64,000 nucleotides of DNA from an uncultured Planctomycetaceae bacterium (GCA_964531695.1 CAZHEH010000007.1:34121-98120); one strand, 5' to 3'. Shown: positions 18,556 through 27,706, counted from the stretch's first letter. Translations and numbers: made by a program. Notes: generated by a model from the sequence alone, not told the origin.

Positions 18556-20135
18556 CCGAACTCTACCCCACCGACGCCGAGCTGAACGCCCTGTCGGGCA
18601 CCGTCGACCCCGAGCAGGAGGTCCTGTTCATCCCCACCGGCGAGAGCCCCTACCACACGAGCTTCTACAAGATGCTCCACCGCCTGCTCGACGTCGCGCG
18701 GCGGGCCGGCGACCTCCGCGTGTACAAGGACGGCGAGCTGACCTTCGGCGTCCGCGCCGGGCGGTTCCTCGACGGCGCCACGCCCGTGGAGTTCCCCGGC
18801 GCCGGCGAGCAGCCGCTGACCGACAACGCGACCCAGGCGATCTACCTGCTTGCCGACGGGACGCTCGCGGTCGCGACGGACGGCTTTCCCGACCCGGCCG
18901 CCGTGCCGAACATCCCGCTGGCGACGATCGACTGCGCCGACGGCGGCTACGACCACGCCGACATCACAGACTGCCGCGGGCGGGCCATGCTCTCCGCGGC
19001 CAGCGGCATGGCGGCCGCGGACGCCAACGCCCTGACCGGCGGGGGCATCGCCGGGGGCCTCCACACGCACGCCGCCGAGGGCATCGAGGACGGCGCCGTG
19101 ACGGCGGCCAAACTCGCCGCCGCGGCCAGCCAGGAAATCACGGCCAGCAATCAGACGATCCAGCACGACGGCCGGCGCCTCGTCTCGCTGACCACGCCCG
19201 ACGGAGCGACCAAGGTGCTCGGCACAACCGCGGCGGCGGTCGCCGACGGAACCGTGGACGGCCAACTGCTCACGCTCCGATGCGCGGGCGGCGAGGGGTC
19301 GCTCCGGATCGCGGACAATCCCCCCACGGCCAACGTGGACCTGGGCGGCGACTGGTATCCGTACGAGACGGACATCGACGTGTCCCTGACCCTGATGTGG
19401 GACGCCTCCGCCGGGCTGTGGCGCGAGCTGTTCCGTTCCTCGGCCGCCAACGACAACTCGGGCCTCCTGGCCGCCGCGTCGGGCGGGCGGGACCACAGCA
19501 ATACCGGCGGGTACGCCGGGAGCGCCGGCGGGCGCTTCAACGTGAACTCCCACAACTACACGGGCAGCGCCGGCGGCTTTTCCATCACCAACAGCGGCCC
19601 GCGGGCGGGTTCCGTCGGCGGCCAGGGCAACACCAACTCCGGCGCATCCTCCGGCTCGGTCGGCGGCGTGCATGCGAAATGCCGCCATGAAGCCGAGTCG
19701 CTCGCCGCGTCCTACGGCCTGGAGGCGAGCCCCGGCGATTGTCAGGTGACGAACTTCATGCTGCGGGGCGATTACACGGCCGACGCGAACGAACACACCA
19801 CGCCCGTCTGGCATGAATTGACCTCGCCCGAGCGGTGGACGCTGGAGGCCGAGACGACGGTCGGATTCACGGTGACGGTCGTGGGCCGCAAGTCGGACGG
19901 CTCGAAGGCGGCGCTGTTCAAGCGGATGGCGCTGCTGGAGCGGGATGACTCGAACAACACAACCATCGTGGGTGCGGCCCAGACCCTCGGCACGGACATC
20001 GCCGACGACGCGAACTGGGACGTGCAACTGTCGGCCGACGACACGAACGAAGCCCTGAAGATTGAGGTCCATGCCGCCGACAACGACGGCGACGTGCGAT
20101 GGACCGCCCACGTGCAGGCGCAGGTCTGCGGATAG
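18552..20135 (+). CDS. Tail-fibre / receptor-binding-like protein (Gly/Ser-rich repeats)
   Basis: 527 aa. Repeats SNTGGYAGSAGGRFNVNSHNYTGSAGGFSITNSGPRAGSVGGQGNTNSGASSGSVGG are typical of phage fibre proteins. Confidence 0.5.
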   Translation: MTELYPTDAELNALSGTVDPEQEVLFIPTGESPYHTSFYKMLHRLLDVARRAGDLRVYKDGELTFGVRAGRFLDGATPVEFPGAGEQPLTDNATQAIYLLADGTLAVATDGFPDPAAVPNIPLATIDCADGGYDHADITDCRGRAMLSAASGMAAADANALTGGGIAGGLHTHAAEGIEDGAVTAAKLAAAASQEITASNQTIQHDGRRLVSLTTPDGATKVLGTTAAAVADGTVDGQLLTLRCAGGEGSLRIADNPPTANVDLGGDWYPYETDIDVSLTLMWDASAGLWRELFRSSAANDNSGLLAAASGGRDHSNTGGYAGSAGGRFNVNSHNYTGSAGGFSITNSGPRAGSVGGQGNTNSGASSGSVGGVHAKCRHEAESLAASYGLEASPGDCQVTNFMLRGDYTADANEHTTPVWHELTSPERWTLEAETTVGFTVTVVGRKSDGSKAALFKRMALLERDDSNNTTIVGAAQTLGTDIADDANWDVQLSADDTNEALKIEVHAADNDGDVRWTAHVQAQVCG

Positions 20136-20249
20136 GGGACGGCCGAATTCGGCGCTCGACGCTCGACGCGCAACGTGCCGCGAGGCGTCGAAGGTCGGCC
20201 CGATTCCTCTGCTCGGGATCGCCGAACCGTCGCAATCGAGAACGCACCC

Positions 20250-20816
20250 ATGCCCAACACCTACAACATCTACCTCGGCATCGGCTCGGTGGAGGCCGTC
20301 GATTGGTCGCAGCCGGTGGTCGTGGCGAACGGGCCCGGCCCCGTCGAGGTTCCGCTGACGGCCGAGCCGGGCGTGCGATACGTCCTGGCGGCGCGGGCCG
20401 TGTCCGAGGCCGGCGTCGAGGAACGCAACACGCACGTGTCGGCCGTCGTCGAGGTCGATGAGGCCGGCGCGCTGCTGCCGCCCCCGCCGCCTCGGTGCGA
20501 GGACACGACGGCGCGCCTGCTGACGGACGGCGACGCGCGGGTCGAGTGGTCCTGTCGCGCCCGGCCGGGCCGGGCGGAGCCGGACGGTTTCGACGTGTTC
20601 ACCGACGACGGCACCGGGACGCTCGACCTGGCCACGCCCGCCGCCGCGCTCGATGCGGTCGGTCCGGATCAGCGCGAGTTCGCCCTACGGCTGACGCCCG
20701 CCGCGCCGCCGCTGAAGCTGGCCGTGCGCGGCCGCGCGGGCGGACGTGTCGGCCCACTGAGCCGAATCGTCACGCTGGCCGCACCGGTCCCGCCCGCGCC
20801 CGCCAACGTCCTGTGA
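20250..20816 (+). CDS. Phage-like structural protein, function unknown
   Basis: MPNTYNIYLGIGSVEAVDWSQPVV…; Pro-rich. Confidence 0.4.
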   Translation: MPNTYNIYLGIGSVEAVDWSQPVVVANGPGPVEVPLTAEPGVRYVLAARAVSEAGVEERNTHVSAVVEVDEAGALLPPPPPRCEDTTARLLTDGDARVEWSCRARPGRAEPDGFDVFTDDGTGTLDLATPAAALDAVGPDQREFALRLTPAAPPLKLAVRGRAGGRVGPLSRIVTLAAPVPPAPANVL

Positions 20817-20823
20817 GGAACCC

Positions 20824-22548
20824 ATGCAGACACTCACGCTGATGCCGACCCCGCCCGAGCCGGTCCTTCGCTGCCGCCCGCCCCGCGTCTACGCGGCCGG
20901 GCTGCGGCGGCGCGACCTGGAGGTGCTGTCGATCGAGTGGCTGCCCGCGCCCGACTTCTGCCGGGCGCGGCTGCGCGTGCATCCGCCCGGATCGCGCTCT
21001 GAGGATGCGTGCTTCGAGCGGCCGGGGGCCCTGCCGCCTGTCGGCTGCCCGATCACCATCCACCCCGGCGACGGCGACGCGGGTGTCCTGCCGGGCGTCG
21101 TGACGGCGCACGAGGCGGTCTTGGGCGAGCGGGGCGAGCAACTCATCGCACACGTTTCGCACGTGCTGGCCGAGCGCCTCGCCGCGCCGGCAGGGTGGCG
21201 CTGGCAGGTCGGGCCGGACGGCGCGCCGCTAACGGTCGCCGGCGCGCGCACGTCCTTCAACGGCGACGGCGGTTGGGCCTCGGCCGATCTGCACGAACTC
21301 AACGGCAGGCCGGCGCGCGTCTTCGCCGCCTGCCCGAACGCCCGACGCTGGACGGTCGCCGACGCGCTGGGGTACCTCCTCGCTGCGCTCGCGCCCGCGG
21401 ACGTGACCGTTCCGGGCCGCGAGGAGTTGCAGGAACGGGCCGGGGGCATCGACCTTGGCCGCGTGGACGTGAGCGGCAGGTCCGCGGCCGCGGCGATTGT
21501 CGCCGTTGCGCATCGCGGTGGGCTGGAGGTGCGAGCCGCGCGCGACGGGCTCGGCATCGTCCTCTATCGTCCTGGCCGGGACGGCCGGCGCGTCTCCGTC
21601 CGCCAACAGCCCGCCGGCGAGGCGCTCGACCGGACCCGCAGCAACCTGTGGCGCGCCCGGCTCCGCTTCCGCCGCCGCCCCGGTCGCCGGGCCGTCCTCG
21701 CGCTCGGCGGACCGAAGCTCTACGAAACGACCGTCGAACTCGCGCCCGGCTGGAACCCGTCGGACGCGACCGGTCGCTGGCGCGACCACGTCCGCTCGCT
21801 CGCCGGCGGCGGCCCCGGCTCGCGCGAGGTTCTCCGAGCATGGGTGCTCAACGAGCATGGGCGCTACGGCGCCTCGCCGTGGATGCTGCCCACGCACGAC
21901 TTCGCGGCACTCGGCGAGGACTTCTTCCTGTCCGTCCCGCGGCGCCTGCGGCCGTGTGTGTCGACCGACGCGGCCGGCCGGTCGCTCGGCATCGTCGTCG
22001 AATGGCGGCCCGAGGCGGGTGCCGGCTGGCGTCCTTGGCCCGGACCGGTGTACGTGTCCCGCGACGAGTGCAGCGTGCGGCTCGGCGGGGATGCGCTGCC
22101 GGGCGCATACTTCCGGGCGGCGCTCGCGGGCACGGCCGGGGTGCGCGTCACGGCGACGATCGCCTCCGACGCCCGCCTGTCCGTGGAGGTGCCCGGCGAC
22201 GCGAACCTTCCTCGAGAGGTGATCGATCTCGGCACTCAGGCCGGTTGGCAAACCGTTCACGAGACGAGCATCTTCCACAACGCCGCGCCCGGCGAGCCGG
22301 CGGAGCGCGACGACGCGGCCGTGCTCGGTGCGCTCGCCGAGCGGCACGCCGAATCCCTCACCGGCGCCGCCCAGGCCGAACTGACGCTCGCGTGGGTCGA
22401 TCCGACCTACGCCGTCGGCGACCTCGTCGAGCGCGTCGAGGGGCGAACGCTGGAGCTGCCCGCGGCGCCCGATCGCAGCCCGGCCGTGACGAGAGTCCGG
22501 CACGAGTTCGGCAAGACCCAGACCACCACACTCACGCTGGAGGCATGA
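20824..22548 (+). CDS. Large phage-like structural protein (574 aa), tail or baseplate candidate
   Basis: Co-oriented and ATGA-coupled to the next gene. No recognisable enzymatic motif. Confidence 0.45.
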   Translation: MQTLTLMPTPPEPVLRCRPPRVYAAGLRRRDLEVLSIEWLPAPDFCRARLRVHPPGSRSEDACFERPGALPPVGCPITIHPGDGDAGVLPGVVTAHEAVLGERGEQLIAHVSHVLAERLAAPAGWRWQVGPDGAPLTVAGARTSFNGDGGWASADLHELNGRPARVFAACPNARRWTVADALGYLLAALAPADVTVPGREELQERAGGIDLGRVDVSGRSAAAAIVAVAHRGGLEVRAARDGLGIVLYRPGRDGRRVSVRQQPAGEALDRTRSNLWRARLRFRRRPGRRAVLALGGPKLYETTVELAPGWNPSDATGRWRDHVRSLAGGGPGSREVLRAWVLNEHGRYGASPWMLPTHDFAALGEDFFLSVPRRLRPCVSTDAAGRSLGIVVEWRPEAGAGWRPWPGPVYVSRDECSVRLGGDALPGAYFRAALAGTAGVRVTATIASDARLSVEVPGDANLPREVIDLGTQAGWQTVHETSIFHNAAPGEPAERDDAAVLGALAERHAESLTGAAQAELTLAWVDPTYAVGDLVERVEGRTLELPAAPDRSPAVTRVRHEFGKTQTTTLTLEA

Positions 22549-23096
22549 CGATGGACCCCTGCCAGGGACACGACGCACTCGGCCGGCTCGTGCAGGCCGG
22601 CGGCCGCGCGGGCATGATGCTCTTCCGCCTGACCGGCCTGGAAGGCGGCAACCGCTACACGGCGCTGCCCGTCGAGTTCGACGCGGACGGCGCAACGGAG
22701 CCGGCGTCCGACGAGCCGGTGACCGTGACGAACCTGGCCGAGCCCGCCGACGCGGACGGCGCGATCCCGGCCGGGACGGAAGCCGTCGGCGTCGACGTCG
22801 AGGGACGCTGGGTCGTCTTCCTGCGCCCCGTCGCGGCGGGCGCCTTCCCGGCGCGGGTCCTCGCCTCGGCCGGCGGCGCCGCGTACACGGTGCGCGAGCA
22901 GCTCGCCACCGGGCCGGGGCAGTTCACCGACAAGCCGGGGGCCGCCGACGCGACGGCCCACAATCTGGCCGAGTTATCGCTCGGTCCGGGCGCGGCCGTG
23001 GAGGACGACACCCTCGTCCTGGTCACCGCGCTGTCCGACGGGGCCGAGACCCGTCACGTGTTCGACCATCCCGCCTACGCCAAGTACCTGGATTGA
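22545..23096 (+). CDS. Phage-like structural protein
   Basis: MTMDPCQGHDALGRLV…. ATGA overlaps on both sides. Confidence 0.45.
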   Translation: MTMDPCQGHDALGRLVQAGGRAGMMLFRLTGLEGGNRYTALPVEFDADGATEPASDEPVTVTNLAEPADADGAIPAGTEAVGVDVEGRWVVFLRPVAAGAFPARVLASAGGAAYTVREQLATGPGQFTDKPGAADATAHNLAELSLGPGAAVEDDTLVLVTALSDGAETRHVFDHPAYAKYLD

Positions 23097-24139
23097 CCAT
23101 GACCTACGCACCCGCTTGGACACAACAGAACGCATCCGGCCGCTTGGAACCCGCCGTGGATCGGGTCCGCGCGGTCAGCGCGGCCGAGCTCGCCGACGCC
23201 GTCAACCGCAGGCGGCGGCTGACCTACCGCGAGGCGCACGACTACTCGCCGCAGATCACCGCCGGGCTGCCGGTTCGCCTGACGACGCTCGCCACGGCCG
23301 AGGCGCCGCCGCTGGACAACCTACGCGATGCGCTCGCCGTCCACGTGCTCGAGCCGCCCCCGGGCGGGCTGGGCGGCGACCCGCCGACACCGGCCGCGAT
23401 GGAATGGCTGTGGCCCGAGCCGGACGGCGACGAGGGCAAGGTCATCGTCCCGGCCGGCGCGGGGGCCGGCGAGGTGGCGCTGCCGGCCAAGCTCAACGGC
23501 ACGGAGGACTGGACCGACCCGGCCCCTTCGGCGGGGACCACGCCGATCCGCGCGGTGCACTGGAACGAGCTGCGGCAGGCCGTCGAGTGGCTGCGCCGCG
23601 GTCGCTGGGTGCTGCCGGTGTATCTGACGGCCGGGGTCTTCTCCGTCCTGCCCGACACGCCGTGGACGGGCGACGCCGTCGCCAACAACGGCACGAACGA
23701 GCTGCGGGCGGTCGGCTTCGCCCTGCTTCGGACCGGCGACGACCCGCCGCGCGGGCTGACGGACGTGACGGTGCTCGACGCGACCGGGCTCGAACTCACC
23801 GCGGACCTCGACTGCAAGATCGAGGCATACCGCTGCAAGCGGCCGTTGGACTTCGTCGCCGACCCGCCCACGTGGAACGAGTACGCGCCCGCGAGCGACC
23901 TCGCCTGGCAGTCGCCGGGCGGGACCGGCCCGGACGACGCCGAGAGGATCGGCACGCTCGACCTGTCCGCGGGCGAGCCGTCCGCGCTGACCGGCCCGGC
24001 GCTGGCGTCGGCCTGCCAGGCGATGGTCGGCGGCGCCGAGCAATCGTTTCTCTTCCGCCGCGCCGACACCGGGCCCGAGACGGTCGGGCTTATCGCGTGG
24101 CTCACCGTCGCGTTCGAGTTGAACGCGCCGCCCAACTGA
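23093..24139 (+). CDS. Phage-like structural protein (348 aa)
   Basis: Last of the overlapping chain. Confidence 0.45.
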   Translation: MTMTYAPAWTQQNASGRLEPAVDRVRAVSAAELADAVNRRRRLTYREAHDYSPQITAGLPVRLTTLATAEAPPLDNLRDALAVHVLEPPPGGLGGDPPTPAAMEWLWPEPDGDEGKVIVPAGAGAGEVALPAKLNGTEDWTDPAPSAGTTPIRAVHWNELRQAVEWLRRGRWVLPVYLTAGVFSVLPDTPWTGDAVANNGTNELRAVGFALLRTGDDPPRGLTDVTVLDATGLELTADLDCKIEAYRCKRPLDFVADPPTWNEYAPASDLAWQSPGGTGPDDAERIGTLDLSAGEPSALTGPALASACQAMVGGAEQSFLFRRADTGPETVGLIAWLTVAFELNAPPN

Positions 24140-24149
24140 GGAAACCGCC

Positions 24150-24434
24150 GTGACACTGACCGCCTTCATGTCGGAATTCGCCAGCTTCGGCGCGGCCGGG
24201 CTCATGGGCGCGATGTGGCTGTGGGAGCGCCGCGCCGGGCGGCTCCGCGAGCAGCAGCTCACCGACGCCCACGAGCGCATCGGCCGCGACGAGCAGCGGC
24301 TGGAACACCTCTCGCGGGTGGTGGAAGCCAACACGACGGCGCTGACTCGCTTCTCCGAAACGCAACGGCACCTCGCCGAGACACTCAAGGACCTCGCAAG
24401 GGAGTACCGCAATGACCACGCACGCAAGACGTAG
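24150..24434 (+). CDS. Small membrane protein (one N-terminal TM helix, charged tail), holin-like candidate
   Basis: FASFGAAGLMGAMWLW TM helix followed by a highly charged C-terminus. Confidence 0.4.
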   Translation: MTLTAFMSEFASFGAAGLMGAMWLWERRAGRLREQQLTDAHERIGRDEQRLEHLSRVVEANTTALTRFSETQRHLAETLKDLAREYRNDHARKT

Positions 24435-24936
24435 GGCGCCCGCGCGGACGCCGCATCGGTTTCTTCTGGCCGCACTGTGCCTGTTTTCGCCCCTGGCCGG
24501 CTGCGAGGCGCCACCGGCGACGATAGAGCTCATCGCCGTCGCCCGGACCGGCCTGGCCGGTGCGGGCGAGGCGGAGGACCAGCGACACGAGCAGGAACAG
24601 GCCCACCTCGCCGCGCAGACGGCCGCGCTGGACGCCGCGTTCGACGCGGACGTTCGCCTCGCGGCCGCGGGCGAGCTGAGGGGCGCCGACGGCGAGCGGG
24701 TCGCGCTCGACGCCGAGTGGGTCATCTCCGCGCGCAAGGGCTACGCCGCCGCGCGCGACCTGCTGGCGGATGAGGCCCGCGCCGCCGAGCGCGAACACGC
24801 CACGCGGGCGGACAACCTGCGGGCGTCGGATGAGGCGCTGGAGATGGCCCAGGAGCTGATCGCCGAGCGGTGGGCCGTCGGGGCCCGCGTGCGGCGGACC
24901 GTGATGAACCTCTTCAGGAGCACGAACGATGAATGA
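24412..24936 (+). CDS. Lipoprotein with coiled-coil region, spanin-like candidate
   Basis: Lipobox LFSPLAGC. Ala/Glu-rich helical body. It overlaps the upstream and downstream genes. Confidence 0.4.
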   Translation: MTTHARRRAPARTPHRFLLAALCLFSPLAGCEAPPATIELIAVARTGLAGAGEAEDQRHEQEQAHLAAQTAALDAAFDADVRLAAAGELRGADGERVALDAEWVISARKGYAAARDLLADEARAAEREHATRADNLRASDEALEMAQELIAERWAVGARVRRTVMNLFRSTNDE

Positions 24937-25180
24937 CCCCGTACAGCAGGCCGTGGAACAAGCCGTCGGCCGGGCCTTCGACGCCTGGGCGGCCGAGCAC
25001 CCCTCCCTCGCGGCCGTGATCGACCGCATCGCGCTGACGGAGCGATCCGTCGCCTCCCTCCGCGAGACGGACGCCTACCGCGCGGCCGTGGCGGCCTACC
25101 ACCGCGACCGCAGCCAGGCCGAGCTCGTCAGCCGCCTGACCGACGCGGCCGCGGGCGTACTCGGGCGGCTGCTGGCGTAA
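24929..25180 (+). CDS. Small hypothetical protein (83 aa)
   Basis: ATGAATGA overlap with the preceding gene; no motifs. Confidence 0.3.
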   Translation: MNDPVQQAVEQAVGRAFDAWAAEHPSLAAVIDRIALTERSVASLRETDAYRAAVAAYHRDRSQAELVSRLTDAAAGVLGRLLA

Positions 25181-25326
25181 CCGCGCGCGCCGCCCGTCCC
25201 GATGATCCTCGGGACCGGTGCATGCGCCGTATCTGCCCCTCGCCCGGCCGTGAGGACACGCCCGTGCCGCCCGGTTTCGCGCTCCTGAGACCTAACTGGT
25301 GACATAACCCACCAAGGAGAATAGAC

Positions 25327-25539
25327 ATGCGAAGCTTCCTCGAACGCATCTCGTCGCGCAAGTTCCTGACCGCCCTGGCCGTGCAGATCGCGGCCGTGGT
25401 GGCCCTGTTCCGCCCCGCCGACGCCGAAACGCTCCACACCGCCGCCGTCCGCATCGCCGCCCTGGCGGCTCTCATCCTCGCCGCACTCGGCTACGGCAAG
25501 ATCGAGGCGGAGGTGGACAAGGCGGGAGTCAAGCGGTGA
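25327..25539 (+). CDS. Small two-TM membrane protein (70 aa), holin-like
   Basis: RBS AAGGAG precedes the ATG. Two hydrophobic helices (LTALAVQIAAVVALF and AALAALILAALGY). ATGA overlap with the next gene. Confidence 0.4.
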   Translation: MRSFLERISSRKFLTALAVQIAAVVALFRPADAETLHTAAVRIAALAALILAALGYGKIEAEVDKAGVKR

Positions 25540-26096
25540 AGAGCGTGACGGGGCTGAGAAGCCCATTGCGGTGGTCGGGAGGACAGAGCCGGGTGGCGAA
25601 GGACATAGTAAACTGTGTTCCCAAACACTCCGCCTATGTGGAACCGTGCTGCGGGGCGGCTTGGGTCTTCTGGGCTAAGCCGAAGGAGCTGTCGCGTGCG
25701 GAAGTACTCAATGATCTCGACGGCGAACTGATCAACTTCTACAGGACCTTGCACAGGCGGGGTCGCCGGCTTACTCAGGAGGTAGACTCGATTCCGTACT
25801 CACGTCGCCTCTTCCGGCAGGTCGCGCATAGTAAGCCGCGAACGGCCTTCGCCCGAGCCGTCCAGTTCGGCGATGGGGATCACGTGCGTCTCCGCGAAGT
25901 CCTTCGGCGGACGGCTGGCTGCTGGCTGCTGAGCTACAGGAATTGCGCACAGGTGCGGCGTCTGTACAAGGGCTGTCACCGCAAGCTCGTGAGCACGCGC
26001 TACACATTGGGCTGCAATTCCGCCGCCCGCGCCCGGTCCGAGGCGCGCGAACTCCTGCTGAGCAACCGCCCATTACTGCGTAGGGGGCGCGCGTAG
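25536..26096 (+). CDS. D12-class (Dam-like) N6-adenine DNA methyltransferase homologue lacking the central DPPY catalytic segment; probably inactive
   Basis: The N-terminus PLRWSGGQSRVAKDIVNCVPKHSAYVEPCCGAAWVFWAKP…VLNDLDGELINFYRTL aligns to Dam motifs X/I. The C-terminus CWLLSYRNCAQVRRLYKGCHRKLVSTRYTLGCNS…ELLLSN aligns to the Dam C-terminus. Only 186 aa remain, and the DPPY region (about 90 aa) is missing. Confidence 0.6.
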   Translation: MKSVTGLRSPLRWSGGQSRVAKDIVNCVPKHSAYVEPCCGAAWVFWAKPKELSRAEVLNDLDGELINFYRTLHRRGRRLTQEVDSIPYSRRLFRQVAHSKPRTAFARAVQFGDGDHVRLREVLRRTAGCWLLSYRNCAQVRRLYKGCHRKLVSTRYTLGCNSAARARSEARELLLSNRPLLRRGRA

Positions 26097-26170
26097 CTCG
26101 CGGCCAAGTGAATCTTTGTGGCAGGGAGGTTCCGCGCTGTACGCTGTAGCCATGTTGTGAATCCTGAAGC

Positions 26171-27706
26171 GTGGAACGTCAGAGGGGATCCTGCCGCCAC
26201 ATGCCAACACACGCACCGGACCTCGGGCTGGACGCGTCATCGTCCGCGTGGGACGTGCCGGCGGCTCACGCGCCCGTCGCGCCCGCGCATTTTCGCCCGG
26301 AGCGTATCTACCTGTGCAAGGGCGCCACGGCCACGCCGCGGCGGCGGGCGTTCGTGGAGCGGATCTGCGCGGCGCTGCCGGGCGCGGAGGTCATCGAGCG
26401 CCCGGACATTCCCCACAACCGCATCGACCTCGCGGAGCTGGACCCGCTGGCCCGCAGCCGACGCGGCAAACGGACGTTGGTTTTCGGCGAGTTGAAGACG
26501 CCCGAGCTGTCCGACGCCGAGCTGGACCGGCGGATCGACGCACTGCGCCGGGCCGACTTCACCGTGACCGTTCCGGACGCCGACGGCGAGCCGGCGGACG
26601 CGCCCGTCCGCTACGAGCTGACCCGGCACGAGTTCCCGTTCGGGACGACGATCAAGGGCAAGTGGCTCGCCACCAACGACGGCTCGTGGGTGGGGGACGA
26701 GGCGAAGGACCATCCGGGCGACGCCCGCGAGTACGAGCGGATCGCCCGCGCCTACTTCAACGCGGCCGTGTGCGGGAACGACATGAAGTGGGCGTTCATG
26801 GAAAGGGCGGACGGCGAATGGAAGGGCGAGGAGCGGGCCCTGGCCGCCTATGAGTGGTGCGCCGAACGGGGGCTCGCGCTGCGCGGGCATTGCATCTGGT
26901 GGGGCGTGCCGCGCTGGCTGCCCGACTGGCAGAAGGAGCTGGCCGAGCGACCGCGGGAGGTCATCGAGGCCCGCATGACGCGCCGCCTGCGGCACGTGCT
27001 GGAGCTGTTCGCGGGCAAGGTCCACGAGTGGGACCTGAACAACGAGATGATGCACGAGGACATCTTCGCCGAAGGGATGGGGCTGGAGAGTCAGGCCGCG
27101 TACTTCCGCTGGGCCAAGGAGGCGGCGCCGGACGTGACGTTCTACGTCAACGAGTACGGCATTCTCTCGGGCGTGGACGCCGAGCGGTACGTCGAGCACA
27201 TCCGCGGGTTGATCGCCGACGGCGCGGAGGTCGGCGGCATCGGCATGCAGGCGCACTTCTTCAGGCCGGTCCCGTCGAACGAGAAGCTCTGGTCGATTCT
27301 GGAGAAGTTCCGCCCGTTCGACCTACCGATCCGCATCACCGAGTTCGACCTGCACTACGCGGACATGACCGACGAGGAGCAGGCCGAGCAGCTCGTGCGA
27401 TTCTACAAGCTCTGCTTCGCCCATCCGTCCGTCGCGGGCATCCATATGTGGGGCTTCTGGCGGGGTGCGCATTGGCGGCCCGACGCGGCCATCTGGCGGC
27501 AGGACTGGACGCCCCGCCCCGCGGCCCGAGCGTACATGAAACTCATGAACGAAACGTGGCACACCGAAGGCAGGAGCAAGCCGGACGAGAAGGGCGAGGT
27601 CGCCTTCCGCGGCTTCCCCGGAACCTATCGCATCACGCGGGGCGAGCGCACGGCCGAGGTCGAACTGACACGCCACGAGCCGAATGCGGTCGTCCGCTTC
27701 GAGTAG
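26171..27706 (+). CDS. Glycoside hydrolase family 10-like protein with an N-terminal unknown domain
   Basis: GH10 signatures WDLNNEMMHE and ITEFDL, with the catalytic Glu positions. The start may be at 26201 (MPTHAPD, GAGGGG RBS). Confidence 0.6.
   Translation: MERQRGSCRHMPTHAPDLGLDASSSAWDVPAAHAPVAPAHFRPERIYLCKGATATPRRRAFVERICAALPGAEVIERPDIPHNRIDLAELDPLARSRRGKRTLVFGELKTPELSDAELDRRIDALRRADFTVTVPDADGEPADAPVRYELTRHEFPFGTTIKGKWLATNDGSWVGDEAKDHPGDAREYERIARAYFNAAVCGNDMKWAFMERADGEWKGEERALAAYEWCAERGLALRGHCIWWGVPRWLPDWQKELAERPREVIEARMTRRLRHVLELFAGKVHEWDLNNEMMHEDIFAEGMGLESQAAYFRWAKEAAPDVTFYVNEYGILSGVDAERYVEHIRGLIADGAEVGGIGMQAHFFRPVPSNEKLWSILEKFRPFDLPIRITEFDLHYADMTDEEQAEQLVRFYKLCFAHPSVAGIHMWGFWRGAHWRPDAAIWRQDWTPRPAARAYMKLMNETWHTEGRSKPDEKGEVAFRGFPGTYRITRGERTAEVELTRHEPNAVVRFE

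Noticed and set aside
16107-23096. Several 300-700-aa alternative-frame ORFs (e.g. 16107..17003-, 18276..20435-, 21009..23096+, 21229..22695-)
   Set aside because: They are Arg/Ala/Pro-rich low-complexity translations. The real genes are the shorter ATGA-coupled plus-strand ORFs. The last 552 nt of the 21009..23096 ORF is a genuine gene (22545..23096); the remainder is a frame read-through.
12380-26096. Interpretation as a complete inducible prophage
   Set aside because: No integrase, terminase, replication or lysogeny-control genes are within 12 kb on either side. GC is fully ameliorated. The flanks are chromosomal genes (fic, ymdB, GH10).
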